From: the human T2T-CHM13v2.0 reference genome, Homo sapiens
Reading direction: 5' to 3' (one strand)
DNA length: 64,000 nt
NCBI RefSeq assembly: GCF_009914755.1
Contig: NC_060928.1
Positions 13,279 through 26,457 of this stretch are shown here, piece by piece. Numbering within the stretch: the stretch's first letter is position 1; every line of letters starts with the position of its first letter. Made by a program: the position numbers and the translations under genes. The notes beneath the pieces are model-generated. The model ran no database searches. It saw nothing but the letters and a program-made list of their open reading frames with translations, and was not told the DNA's origin.

Positions 13279-13957
13279 TGTTACAGGTAGTTAGATAGTT
13301 AGACAGGCATGAGCAGGGAAGGAGAGGGCTCTCCCCCACCCACTAGGAATGTCAGGTGATGGTTTGGCAGTTATCGCATTTCCTCTCTAAAAGTGTTAAA
13401 TTGGCAGCCAGCACCAGGGAGAGACTATTTCCTGATGGTCCACACCTGTTGCACTAAAGTGTTACATGAATCCAGACACCAGGGAGAAGTAACTTCCCAG
13501 GCATGTGCATTAAGATACAAAAATGGCGGAGTATGACCTTGTGGGGACACACCACTGGAAAAGGGAAGAAAGCCTCAGATGGGCATGTGTACAACTTCTG
13601 AAACACACTGCGCGTGCTCACCTCCCAAGGGTAAGGAGGGCACTGCGCATGCGAGCAGCTCATCCTAAGCGAAAATTCTCGGGAAGGGGGCCAGCGTATA
13701 AAGTCCTAGGATCAAGGTTAAACACCGCACTTGACCTTCAGGTGCCCGCTTGGGTCTCTTCCAAGCTACTTCCCTTTCTTTCCTGTTCTAAAGCCTTTTA
13801 AAATAAACTTCTACTCCTGCTCTAAAACTTGCGTTGGTCTCTTTTCCTGCCTTATGCTCCTTGGTCGAATTCTTTCTTCTGAGAAGGCAAGAACTGAGGT
13901 TGCTGCAGATCTGTACAGATTCACCACCCATAACTAGAATACTTTCCACCAGTAACA
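13279..13957 (+). mobile_element. Intact ERV1 solo LTR (MER50/MER4-group-like)
   Basis: Termini TGTTAC...GTAACA, perfect 4-bp TSD ATAC (13275-13278 / 13958-13961), TATAAA at 13697 and AATAAA at 13802. The subfamily name is less certain than the LTR call. Confidence 0.9.
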
Positions 13958-14339
13958 ATACCATCAAATGGTATCAAAACACCACTTGATTTCTGTGTTT
14001 TTAACTTGCCTTACATTAATCAAGTCTTTATTGAAGACTTACAACACAACGTGAATAGTTGCATTCGTTGATCCTAGGACTCTGCCCCCAGCTGAATATG
14101 AAAAATATCTGAAAGTAGTTCTTGCACTTTACTATATGCATATTTTAAGATGACACAGTGAGGGGTCACTTATTATTTTTCCTTATCTTGCAACTATGCC
14201 ATACGTGTTAATTAAACCACCATTTCAAAATATTGATTTTATTTTCTAATGTTCAGAGAGAAGGCTATTTGTTAGTCATTCAAAGATAACTAATTTATAT
14301 ATAATCAAAGATTTTATCAACCTGTAAAGTGAAATATGT

Positions 14340-14433
14340 AATAGACTTAAGAGTAGAAATAAAGAGAGTAAGTTATTTCTATTAGGTTTTAGAATAGAAA
14401 TTAGAGTATGGTCTATTTATGTCAAATATATTA
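14340..14433 (+). repeat. Copy 1 of ~90-bp dispersed direct duplication
   Basis: Near-identical to 17149-17238, with identical blocks of 26, 11 and 42 bp. Confidence 0.95.
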
Positions 14434-14473
14434 ATAGCATCTATGTCAAACTGAGACTAATAGCATAAAGCTT

Positions 14474-15413
14474 ATGTCCATGAGTCAAACAACCACCAAG
14501 AACACACCTGCAGTAAAACCTGGGTGTACTGATGCTTGCTGCAGCAAGGGAGACTATATACCACAGGAATTGTTGGGCATCTTAGTGCTATGTTTACATG
14601 TTTGTGTCACTTTCAAAATTCATGTTGAAACTTAATCTCCAATATAACAGTATTAAGAGGTAGGACCTTTTGGAAAGTGACTAAGTCATGAGAGCTTCAC
14701 CTCATGAATGAATTAGTGCCCTTATAAAAAGGCTCAACGGAACTAGTGAGGTCCCTTTTGACCTTCTACCATCCCTGTCACATAAGGATGCAGCAAGAAG
14801 TGCATTTATGAAGCAAAGCAATCCTCACAAGACACCAAATCTACTGGCTCCTTGATCTTGGACTTTCTGACCTCCAGAACTACGAGAAACTTATATTATT
14901 TAAACATGACTCAGTCTCAAGTATTTTGTTAAAGTGTCACAAACACAAAGACATTCAGTAAGAATGATTTTAAAATAATTTATTGTAAGATTGGGGCTTG
15001 TGGTAGATGATCTGGGAGAATTCTAGGAAGAAAGAGTTCAAGGAAGAGGGTTTATCTCATTGGTGCTGTCACGAAGGAGTCATTCCATGAATGAATATCT
15101 TAAGAAATTTTATCTCTGAAGCCAAAGGAGTGAGGATAAAGCTATAATTGTTTTAAATTTTAAAAAGGCAGTCATTCGTCTTAGCTGGGAGAGGGAGGTT
15201 TTGGTAATTTTTTTGTGTTTACAGTGACCTAGTTTGTATCTGTGTTCAAACACAATTAGGATCTGGTTTTGTTTTTATCTCACTTTACCAGGTCAGAGTG
15301 GCCTTATCTGATGCTGGTGATCTCTGGGATTGTTTATATATTGTTTGCATTCAACAGAAGAACAACATGGCCTCAATGTGGGTGCCAGACCAGCTTTGGG
15401 TATCTTTCCTTCA
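14474..15413 (-). mobile_element. MER76-like ERVL LTR, split by a MaLR LTR
   Basis: Minus strand ctggtctggcacccac..catcagataaggccactctgacc..tgaacacagatacaaa matches recalled MER76. Confidence 0.75.
14586..14953 (+). mobile_element. MLT1A/MSTD-like MaLR solo LTR
   Basis: tgctatg..aaattcatgttgaaacttaatc..cttgatcttggactt..cctccagaact..aagaca. Imperfect TSD cttag/ttcag. Confidence 0.85.
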
Positions 15414-17148
15414 AAGGATGACATACAATAAAAACATATATGGGATGATTACTATTTGCTTCCAAGAAAAATATTGAAGTTTGCTATTTCTTCATCTCAA
15501 GGTATGAGAAAACAAATGTTTGCATCAGAGTGGTAAAAGAGCTATAATAATTTCAAATTAACTAAATGTTCAATGGCCCTTTCCTTCAGAAAAGTAAATG
15601 CCTCTGATTTTGTACAACTATTCTTAAAGTCACACTTTTCTACTCCTTAGACCATATAGCATTCACAGCATTGTCTTAGGAAAATAATGAATATAACAGA
15701 AGGCTTGTGCAAAATGTAAAATATGCCATCTCTTTGAGGAATTGTGACTTTAGCAGTGTAATATACTAATATTCCAAAATTGTAGAGATACTTTTATTTT
15801 TGTAGTTTGTTTTTAAATCCCTAACTCTTCCTTCTGTGTATGGAAAAATCTAAAAGCTGTGATAATGAAATCAATTTCATCCAATACAACATGATTTATA
15901 ATGCCTTCTGTACTTTGTATTAGTTGAGGACAAGGTCATGAATCAATGTAGATGAAGGTTTTATTTAACTTAAGCATCAGTGTTTTTCCTCTGTCAAAAT
16001 TTTACTTATCAGGCTAATATTTGAAAAGCATTCTAAACTTTTTTCTGTTTCTCAAAACTTTAGCTGGAAATATTACTTCCCTGTGTTTGGTTGAGCAGAG
16101 TAGTAGGCAGTTCTTTGTTACTTAATACTGTTTTAACATTTCCTTCACTGCAATCCCTCTATTTTAATAGCTTTAACAAAGGTCACATTCAGATTAGCTC
16201 AAATCTATTAGAGTACACTATAATATGTTGGTTTTTCATTGAAAATTTATTTAGACATCCATCTAGGATTTTAGACCTTCAACCCAAGGAAAATTTATAT
16301 GAATACAATATTTTTTGCCATTATTTACAAAAGTAATATAAAGGGTTCCTTAGGCAATTACTTATTCAGTAGTAGGATTTGGAACAGTCTACTTACTATC
16401 ATGTAATTATTTCAATGTGTTACAGTTTTCTTCTGATTGTAATTAATCTCTTTGCATGAGTATCAGATAGAATGACTATCTGATTTGTGGTAACCTGCTG
16501 GACTCACAGTGTCCAGTCTGCAGGTGGAGAAAAATAAATATTTTTATAAGAAAAATGAAGCCTTCACCTTACCAGATAATTTTCACTTTGTCTAAAACAA
16601 TACTTTTTTTATGTTTGATGTAATTTTTCACTCAATTATAAAGAGTTTTCTCTTCAACAGGAGAACCAAATCCTTAATTAAATCATTGAGTTTAAGAAGT
16701 CTCAAGGGAGAGATCACAGCTAATGTCTACTAGTTTACTAGAGGTCCAAAAACAGTACTATTCACTGGCAAATACTCAGAATATATTTTTGATTCGGTTA
16801 GAAGTGGTCTGAGTGGTTGTATGAACTTTATTTCTATTTCTACCCTCATCTCCAACAAATTCAGATGACTGTATATTAAATTTTATCTTATTAAACTTCA
16901 AATATTTTCCTGATTTGAAAGTAATTTTTGTCATCTCCTCATTTGAAGTCACATATAATTCATGATTAACTGTGAAAAAGTTTGAATTTGAATACTTTCC
17001 AGTCCCTTCTTCAGAGCACTTTTGAATGCTAGCCTCTTGATCACTGCAGCTGCAATTGTAAATATATACTGAGCTACCAGAATCACAGATAGCACAAACT
17101 CTTTATTTTTTAAGAACCTTAAAATTCATTATAATTTGCAGGTAAAAC

Positions 17149-17238
17149 AATAGACTTAAGAGTAGAAATAAAGATAGCCATTTCTATTAGATTTTAGAAT
17201 AGAAATTAGAGTATGGTCTATTTATGTCAAATAGATTA
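17149..17238 (+). repeat. Copy 2 of ~90-bp dispersed direct duplication
   Basis: Near-identical to 14340-14433. Confidence 0.95.
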
Positions 17239-18089
17239 TGTTGTTTATTGATTCATTACTGTTAACTAATTCTCCCCAAATATGCAAGAAAATTATCTTT
17301 AGAAATTTCTTGAAATAATTAAGGTATATTCATTATGAATGAACGCTCTTGCTATAACATTACCATTAAATTTTTACCAATGAAAAGGATTTATTGCAAT
17401 GACGTGTTTTCTCATAAGTAATATTAGTAGAGGCCAAGATAACAGAGGAAGTGGGGACATGCATTCCAGTGTATAACAGAAGAAATTAAATGCTGAAAAT
17501 ATAGTTCTGTAGTAATGAAATAGAGTAATAAAAAATAAAATGTATTGGAAAATATGGGTGGATTACCAGAGAAAGTGTGAAATATTAACAAGTATTGAAC
17601 AGGAAATAATATATGGGTAGTAAGTAAGGAGAAGATGTAAAGAGGTTTGGACAGGCATGGACGTGTAGGTTTGGTTTTACGTTAGTGCAGAACAGCATTA
17701 AAAGAACGTTTTATCCCCGTCAGCTACTTGGAACAGACTTCTATCTGCTGCAGTCCAGCCAATCCCTAATTTATTTTCCTGGTGTAATGGGAAGTTGGCT
17801 TCCTGCTTATATAGTCTAGCCTCCACTATGCTTGGGGCCACCTGAACTCCACCTACAGGTACAGCTATAACCCAACTGTCTGGTGATTTTGATTAAGGTG
17901 CATAGAAAATACAAATAATCCTGGATTCATTGACAGTTTAACATCAAATTGGCTTTATTGCTTTGTTGCTAGGACCCGGCTCATCTTGTAACCTAGTTCT
18001 GTTCAATAAATATGTTTGCCTTGTTCTTCATGACTTAGCTTAACCTTGTAACCTGTGTCCATGGATTGGTTTTTGTCTTATTCTTCATA

Positions 18090-19620
18090 ATATTACTTTT
18101 CAGCTAAAAACAGAAAATCCAACTCACACTATTTAAACAGGAATAGAGATTTATTTGTTCCCATTACTGGAAGATTTGGGTTGAGTTTCAGAGATTGTTT
18201 GGTTCAACAGCTCAACAGTATCATTGGGGACATGGTGGCTTTTTCTTTTCTTCCTTTTTTTCTTTTCTTTTTATTTTTTATTATACTTTAAGTTCTAGGA
18301 TACATGTGCAGAACGTGCAGGTTCGTTACATAGGTATACGTGTGCCATGGTGGTTTGCTGCACCCATCAGCCTGTCATCTACTTAGATATTTCTCCTAAT
18401 GCTACACCTCCCCTATCCCCCCACCCTCTGACAGGCCCTGGTGTGTGATGTTCCCCTCCCTGTGTCCATGTGTTCTCATGGTTCAACTCCCACTTATGAG
18501 TGAGAACATGTGGTGTTTGGTTTTCTGTTCCTGTGTTAGTTTGCTAAGAATGATGGTTTCCAGCTTCATCCATGTCCCTGCAAAGGACATGAACTCATTC
18601 TTTTTTATGGCTGCATAGTATTCCATGATGTATATGTGCTACATTTTCTTTATCCAGTCTATCATTCCACACATATGTTTATTGCAGCACTATTCACAAT
18701 AGCAAAGACTTGAAACCAACCCAAATGCCTATCAATGATAGACTGGATTAAGAAAATGTAACATGGTTGCTTTTCTATCTCTATCCTATCTTCCCTGTGT
18801 GAGGTTAATTCTGGTTTAGTTAACTGCTAGCAATAGATACATCTTGAATTATTAGAGGATTTAAACAACAAAAATTAACTTCCCATTCACATCATCATCC
18901 AATGTGAATATTTCTGGTGGTAACAGCCTTCTAGGTCATCATTCAGGAACGCGGACTCTTCCCAACATGTAGTTACACTCTCTTATAAGTGCTCAGAGTT
19001 TTCCTCGTTCAGCTGGTGTACAGCAAAAGAGAGCATAGGGGAGGCATACCTTCTTGTTTTCACTTTGCCCAGAAGTGACAAAAACAGAATTTAGTTATAT
19101 GGATATGTGCTATCCCTAGGTACAAAATGCATAGAAAATATCTTATAATGCCAGGCAAAACAGGAAACAGGTTTTGGTAAGTGTTTAGCATTCTCTGTTA
19201 TGGTTGACTTCCCAGTAAAGGGAAAAATGGCATAGTACTTCCAGGATTCACATCTTATACCACATCTTTCTGAACTGGAGAGTGGGATTGTTTCTGGCAA
19301 CAAAGCAAATGCAAATGAGAAAACCTCTTTCCCCAAATCCCCAGCATGCCTTCACTTGTCTCTTATTAGCACAAATGGAGTCTTACGTCAATTACTGGGC
19401 CAGATTCTTAAGGTAGGCCACAAAATTCTGGGTGTTGCTTCATTGGCACCAATCAATATAAAAATGGTCTGGACCACCCTTTTCTCAATCAACCCTCTTC
19501 CTGGAACTAGGGGTGTGTCAGCTTCACCTGAAGAACATTTACTGCATGCAGAAAGATACATTCCCATATTGTGTGTTGTTTAGCAAAGGAGAAGAAGGAA
19601 CATATATTTAGTTGGAAACC
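18090..19620 (-). mobile_element. Old MLT1 (J/K/L) LTR pieces with an LTR33-like insert (~18810-19195) and an L1PA insert
   Basis: aacagaaaatccaactcacact..ttaaac..gatttattt MLT1 3' motif. cattcaggaacgcggact and gcccagaagtgaca are LTR33-type motifs. Confidence 0.5.
18244..18760 (-). mobile_element. L1PA7-like 3' end with short 5' inversion (18667-18760)
   Basis: Poly-T plus antisense 3'UTR, then sense ORF2 piece. TSD acatggtggctttt/acatggttgctttt. Confidence 0.95.
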
Positions 19621-20169
19621 AATGGTGTCCATGACAATGCATAAGTCTGTGTCTCTCTCTAGACTGAATTCTCTCTTAATCCCCAATCTCCTACCCTTGT
19701 GAATCTCCAAACCTCATGTGAGTTGAAATCAATCCCCAAGTTTCCAGTGTAAGCTGCTACATTTCAAAAATTGTCTAAATTTCAGTGTGCTTTCAACTTC
19801 AAATTCTATCAATGCTATGCCCTACTGCCTGGGAAAATGTCTCATGTGTTCTGCTGATAGCATCTTTAGTCCAAGCTCTCACTCCCCTAACTCTGAAAAA
19901 CCAAATTATTGTTTATCTTAATAGCATAGGCATTTCCTGGGTTTATTTTTTTTATGCCTAGTTTGGCCTGTCCGACCATCCTCTAGACTCCAGGACTGAT
20001 ATTCCACAGAAGCCAGGACTGTGGAGTGACAACCTTGTCTTATAACTTAAATAACTGAGATCTGATTATCTCCAATTTTGACAGGAAGTAGAGAGCAAGA
20101 AAAAAGAAGGTGGGAAAAGGAATAAAGGAATGGAATTGCTATGTAATGAAAGTACTTTCAATCATTTTT

Positions 20170-20365
20170 GAGTTCTTGCATATAGTGGACGAGGCAATGA
20201 TATAAGCCTTATTTTATTGATTTCTCATAAGAGCCCTATGTGATAGGTAACAAGTATTTGCTGTTTCACAGATGAGGAAATGAAAGTTGGAGAGGCTAAA
20301 TATCTTTCTCAACATATTTAGACCATAAGTGTTGAGACCAGAATATAGGCCTGGACTGTATAACT
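20170..20365 (-). mobile_element. MIR
   Basis: ctcataagagccctatgtgatagg..tttcacagatgaggaaatgaaag..agaggctaaat. Confidence 0.7.
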
Positions 20366-20474
20366 ATGACACAAAGAAAAACAAAGGTAGATTGAGACTG
20401 CAAAGTAAAATATGCCAACTTCTCAATTTTGTCTATGACTGGACCTTTTTACTTATTTAAAATCAAAGCTCTGT

Positions 20475-20595
20475 TTATTCATTTACTATTAATATTTCAG
20501 ATACTTAATATTGCAAGGCACTGTACTAAGATGTGTGAGTGGATGCAAAGATGAATAATATATGGGGTGACCTCAAGAAACTTATCTAATATAGC
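20475..20595 (-). mobile_element. L2 3' end fragment
   Basis: ttattcattt..gcaaggcactgtactaag..caaagatgaataa..cctcaagaaactta. Confidence 0.55.
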
Positions 20596-21179
20596 AAGAG
20601 TGATAAATGGGATATTCCCATATTAAAATACACTAAATTGAATAAACAAAATATATTACTGATTACATATATAATTATATTAAAATATCTAAATAATGCC
20701 ATGTGTATGCCAGTGGATCGATGGCCCACTTACAATGAGTATTGAGGAACTAAAAAGTAGGGAATCAGAGCATTGGGCATAGACTGCTTTACAAAGAATT
20801 TTTGCCGAGAAGACACTAGACCTAGGGATGGCATAAAGTTAAGGAGGAGTTATTGCATATTTTGTTATTATTATTATTTACAATTTGAGAAATTTAACAA
20901 GTGTAAGTTCAGGTGAAAGAACAAGGAAAGGGAAAGGCTGGAGATTAAACAGAAAAGGAAGAAAACCATGCAATTACTTTTCAATAGTTTTATGTAGACT
21001 TTCAGTAACCTATGGTTACTGGTTTCTAAATGTGTGCTTTCCATGTGTTTTTCTTGGCTGTTTGCTTTAATCTCTTTTGAATCTCAGGCTCAGAGGGCTG
21101 GGTGAATTAAACTTCTCAGTTCATGACACAGCATCATTATCATTGGGTCTATGCAAGGCTGTGTTCTTGCTTCATTTAC

Positions 21180-23560
21180 TGATGCACTTATTTCTAATTT
21201 CATATCCCACTTCCAGTTCCGCACCTCTCCAATATTGCAATAGGCAACCATTAATCAATTTAATGTATTCATTTTTGTTTTATTGTGTTGCTGCAAGTTT
21301 TTATTATTGTTTTGTGTTTATATTTTGAAGTTATTAAAATGATGTTGTCTTGCCTATTTCATTTTATCTCTTATTGTCTTTGTCTCTTATTTTCCTTTCA
21401 GTATTATATCTTTAAAGTCATTCATGTTTCTATGTGCTATCCATTGATTCTGCCTGTGGCATTATACCCTCCAGTATGGATTCCTCCCATTTTACCTTCC
21501 ACTCTCCGAGTGATGGAACCACAGAATGCCTCCAACACTCCACCACCACAAGTAATGCTGCAAAGGACATCGTCTTACATATCCCCTATCATTCACTGTG
21601 AGGATTTTCTTGTGATATGTAAATGTAGAGAAAAGTTTCTTGATTTCCTCAAGCAAATCTACTGGGACTGAGAAAACACTGAATATATAAATTAATTTGT
21701 GGATGATTGATATTTTATAATATTAAAACATCTCATCCAAGAGCATATGAATTCTCCACCTAACAACATGAAAATTTTCTCTAAAATATTTTTAAAAGGG
21801 AATATTTTGATTAACACTGCAATTGTTTAATACTAATTGTGTATTTGAATTCCATGTTTTTCTTGATCCAATTTTTGGTTGTTTTTATTTTTGGAGGAAT
21901 TAATTCATGTTATTCAGTTTTCAGATTTGTAGGTGAATAGTAATTTCCATAGTCTTTTGCTATTCTTTTAATCTTTGCTGTCTCAATGATTTTCTATTTT
22001 CATTCTGTATTTTGTTTACTTGCATCTTTTTTTTCTTTTTACCTCTTTCTCTTTTTTCTTTCTTAATCAGATTTTCCAGACATCTTATTAATCTTTTTTA
22101 AAATTTAATGTGAAATTATGAATACTTTTACTGACTATTTCATCTTTTCTGCTCTCTTATCTTTTATTTTCCACCTTCTTCTTTCTTTGAGTTCACTTTC
22201 TTCTTCAATTTCCAACTTCTTGATTCGAATATTGAGCTCATTAATCTTTTCTCGCTTCTGATAAAGGTGTTTAAAGCTATCAAAATTTTTCCTTGTGTAG
22301 TTTTATCTGTTTCCCGCAAATCCTGACTTTATATATTTTTTGGAAGTCAATTATGTATCTATGTCTATATCTATCTAATTATGTGTCTATTATTTTTCGT
22401 TATCCAGTTATAAATATCTATACATTTCCTTTATAATTTTCTAGGTTTGCCAAAGATTATTTAGTAATATGTAATTTCATTTTCAAAATATATGAGTTTT
22501 TCTTTGCTGTTATTTTTTATTTGTTCAAATTTCACTATGTTTTGGTGGCAGAAAAAAGCCTATGAAATACTGATACTTAAGAATTTATTTATTCTTCCTT
22601 TATGATCTCATGTATGACCTAGTTTTAAAAACATTTTGTGTATTCTGGAAAAGAATGTATATTTAATGTTTGTTAAGCCAAGGAGAATAGGTAGGTAGGT
22701 AGATATAGATAGACATAATAGCTCAATGTTTTTCATTGTATTCTTCAAATCTTCAATATCTGTATTTTTGGTCTACTTGTTCTACATGTTTCTGAGCAAA
22801 GTACTCTAGAAATGAATAACTATAATTGGTGATTTATCTCTTCCTTCCTGCTGTTTAGTTTGTTGTTTCCTTGATATATTTGGAATCCATATTGTTAGAC
22901 AGGCATATGATTATGATAGATATATTATTCTGCTCTATTGTGTCTTTTATAAGAAAAATGTTGTTATGTTATCTTTTTTTATTATACTTTAAGTTTTAGG
23001 GTGCATGTGCACAACGTGCAGGTTTGTTACACATGTATACATGTGCCATATTGGTGTGCTGCACCCATTAACTCGCCATTTAACATTAGGTATATCTCCT
23101 AATGCTATCCTTCCCCCCTCCCCCCACCCCACAACAGGCCCCAGTGTGTGATGTTCCCCTTCCTGTGTCCATGTGTTCTCATTGTTCAATTCCCACCTGT
23201 GAGTGAGAACATGTGGTGTATGTTTTTTTGTCCTTGCAATAGTTTGCTGAGAATGATGGTTTCCAGCTTCATCCATGTCCCTACAAAGGACATGAACTCA
23301 TCCTTTTTTATGGCTGCATAGTATTCCATGGTGTATGTGTGCCACATTTTTTTACATGAAAATCTATTTTTGTCAGATATTGATAGTTTCCCCAGCTTTC
23401 TTTTAAGTTTATATTTACCTGGCATATTTCTCTCCATTCTTTCATTTTCATCATGTTTAGATGTTTTTAAATGGATCCCTAGTAAAAAAATATTAATGGA
23501 TTCTATTTCTGAGTCTAGTCTGAAAGCCTAAATTACTACATCTTATTTTTCATCAGTATC
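21180..23560 (-). mobile_element. Ancient L1M (L1ME/L1M5-like) fragments
   Basis: T-rich degenerate antisense L1 motifs (taggcaaccatt; ggaaaagaatgtatatt; ttcttcaaatcttc). Confidence 0.6.
22974..23350 (-). mobile_element. L1PA4/5-like 3' end
   Basis: ttattatactttaagttttaggg..gctgcacccattaactcg..ccctacaaaggacatgaactcatc. Confidence 0.95.
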
Positions 23561-24909
23561 AGGCAAATTTTATGATGAGAGTTTTATTTTTAAACTCTTA
23601 GGGAGAAATAAATCACAACCCTGACATCTGGAAGGGGAAGTGGTACAAAAGCAAAAGGTTGGACAATCTGTACATGTTTTCATCACTTTAGTGGGGATGT
23701 TTTTTTCTTTCTGGTAATTATTCCACCAGTACCATTATCCAATCTGAGATGTTGCTGCCAATTTCTAGTAATAAAGAGCAGGAAATAGTCATCCTAAGAT
23801 AAGAAAAAAAAGATAATCAAAAGCAGAAAGTTAAAAAGATTTATCTTAATTCATTTTCTCATCAAAATATTCAGTAGCAATTTTCAGGCACTCACCATCC
23901 AAACACAAACCAATTTAGGGTAGTCATAAATCTCCTCCGTGGCTTCCCACACTGTTGTTAATTCTTAGAGTCCATGTTTCTTTCTTGCTTTTATAATCCT
24001 TTCAGGACTGACTGTATGAGAGAGAAAAAAGAATCATGCTTGTTCACGTTTTGGCAGATTCTAATGATTCATTTTAATGATTTTAGACAGAAAACTAGGT
24101 CAATAGGTCTTGGTGTTTTCTAGAATCTGGCATTGTGTAGGTATTGGCTGTAGGAAATTGCTAATTCCATAGCATTGACTGTATATTGTTATACAATTAT
24201 TTGTCTTGTATCTGCCTTTCTTCTAGCCTGGTGCCATTGTTTTTATCATGTCTATTGTGTCTACCATAATTTTATCAGATACTGTGTGCAACATAAAGTG
24301 CTTGACTCAGCAATTTGTCATAGAAGGTAAATCAATACAGGCTGTTTAAATGCTTCAAATCTTCTGAGTTAGTTTATATAATTCAAATATTGCAATTTAA
24401 TGTTTTTACTTAATATGGCTACAAAAAAGGAATGTACAATAGAGAGGCCTTTAAGTTAAATGACTTAAGAGAAATTATCTAGAAACAGTGAAATATTTTC
24501 TTTGCAGTGAAAAGGAAAGTGTATAGCAATGGAGAAAAGAAAATAACCATGACAAGGGAAAAATAATGAAAGTTGTTTTTACTCATGAAAGCTGGGAAAG
24601 TATATATGAGCTACATGTTTTTGAAGAATAGGAAAAAACATTCAGTGAATATTGTATAGACCTAAATATAGAAATAAAATTTAAGAACCACCTCCTCTTC
24701 TGCCATTCTAAAGAGGAAAAAACGTTCATAAGGTAGGAACTTGGTAGAGTATAGATGGTAAAGAAATAGGAATTGCCAACCACAAATATCAATCACTGAA
24801 TTAATGTTGAATTTTGAATTGTGTTTATTACATATGCTAATATACTTCTGTGACATTAATGATACAGAAATATGTTTGCAAAAATCACTAGGTTGAAAGT
24901 TATAGACAT

Positions 24910-25395
24910 TGTAATAGATTGTTTCAAATAGTCCCAAATAAATCATACCCTTATAGTCCCTTCCCACACTGATTCTGGGCTGGTCTTATGACTTGTGCAG
25001 GCCAGTAGAATACTTCCTTGGCCAGAAGTAACATTGTATAAATTACAGGCTTAAATCTTGAAAGGACTTTTCAGCTCTTATTTTCACCCTCATGCTGTCT
25101 GAGACTCTACATCAGGGAGCCTGGGCAAGCCTCCTGAGGATAAGATAGAATTCCTGGAGATGAAAGACTATGAGGAGAAAGAGAAGTCCAGCCAACCCCC
25201 ATTTATTCTAGCCTTCTCAGCTAAGGCACTGGACATGTGAGTGAGGCCATTTTGGACCCTCCAGCCCAGTCAAGACACCAGCTGATTGCCAACTCGAGAG
25301 TGAGCCCAGTTGACACCAGGAGGAAGCAGAGACAAGCAGCATGGCTGAGCCCAGTCTTGATCACAGGAAGATACAAATATTCATGATGTTGAGTT
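24910..25395 (+). mobile_element. MLT1G/H LTR, 5' portion
   Basis: tgtaatagattg..cccttcccacactgattctgggctgg..gacatgtgagtgaggccattttggaccctccagccc. Confidence 0.8.
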
Positions 25396-25714
25396 TTGTT
25401 TGTATGTTTGTTTTACAGCTTTATTGAGGTATAATGGGCGTAAGATACATTTCTCCCAGGTCAAAGGTATAATTTATATTTTAATATGAGGACACAATCA
25501 TGAAATCCTTACCACAATTAAAATAATAAGCATAACCATCACCCATAAAAGTTTCTTTATGCCCCTTTGTACTCTTTTCTTCTTGCCCCTCCCCACATCA
25601 TACCCTATCCTGGGTAAACCACTGATCTGTTTTCTGCTACTATAGACACATTTAACATTTTCTAAAGTTTTATTTAAGTGAAATCATATAGTGTGTGTTT
25701 GGCCTGACTTTTTT

Positions 25715-26457
25715 ATTTTATTTTAAGTTCTGGGATACATGTGCAGAATGTGCGGGTTTGTTACATAGGTATACACATGCCATGGTGGTTTGCTGCACTC
25801 ATCAGCCAGTCATCTACATTAGGTATTTCTCCTAATGCTGTCCCTCCCCTATCGCCCCCACCCCCCAACAGGCCCTGGTGTGTGATGTTCCCCTCCCTGT
25901 GTCCATGTGTTCTCATTGTTCAACTCCCACTTATGAGTGAGAACAAACAGTGTTTGGTTTTCTGTTCTTGTGTTAGTTTGCTGACAATGATGGTTTCCAG
26001 CTTCATCCATGTCCCTGCAAATGACATGAACTCATTCTTTTTATGGCTGCATAGTATTTCATGGTGTATATGTGCCACATTGTCTTTATCCAGTCTATCA
26101 TTGATGCATTGATGGGCATTCCGGTTGGTTCCAAGTCTTTGCTGTTGTGAACAGTGCTGCAATAAACATACCTGTTCATGTGTCTTTATAGTAGAATGAT
26201 TTATAATCCTTTGGGTATATACCCAGTAATGGGATTGCTTGGTCATATGGTATTTCTGGTTCTAGATCCTTGAGGAATCACCACACTGTCTTTCACAATG
26301 GTTGAACTAATTTACACTCCCACTAACAGTGTAAAAGCGTTCCTATTTCTCCACATCCAGCATTCCTGACTTGAATATGAACAGACACTTCTCAAAAGAA
26401 GACATTTACACAGCCAACAAATATATGAAAAAAAGCTCATCATCACTGATCATTAGA
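25715..26457 (-). mobile_element. L1PA7-like 3' end with short 5' inversion (~26373-26457)
   Basis: Antisense 3'UTR/ORF2, then sense atgaacagacacttctcaaaagaagac..cattaga. TSD gactttttt (25706-25714 / 26458-26466). Confidence 0.93.

Noticed and set aside
16462-16484. 9-bp-arm hairpin ATCAGATAG/CTATCTGAT
   Set aside because: Short enough to be expected by chance in 64 kb of AT-rich DNA.
14340-17238. CRISPR-like or prokaryotic repeat system
   Set aside because: Only two copies, no spacer array and no associated genes. The DNA is primate.
17660-18090. Possible old LTR with AATAAA
   Set aside because: No family, TSD or termini could be confirmed.
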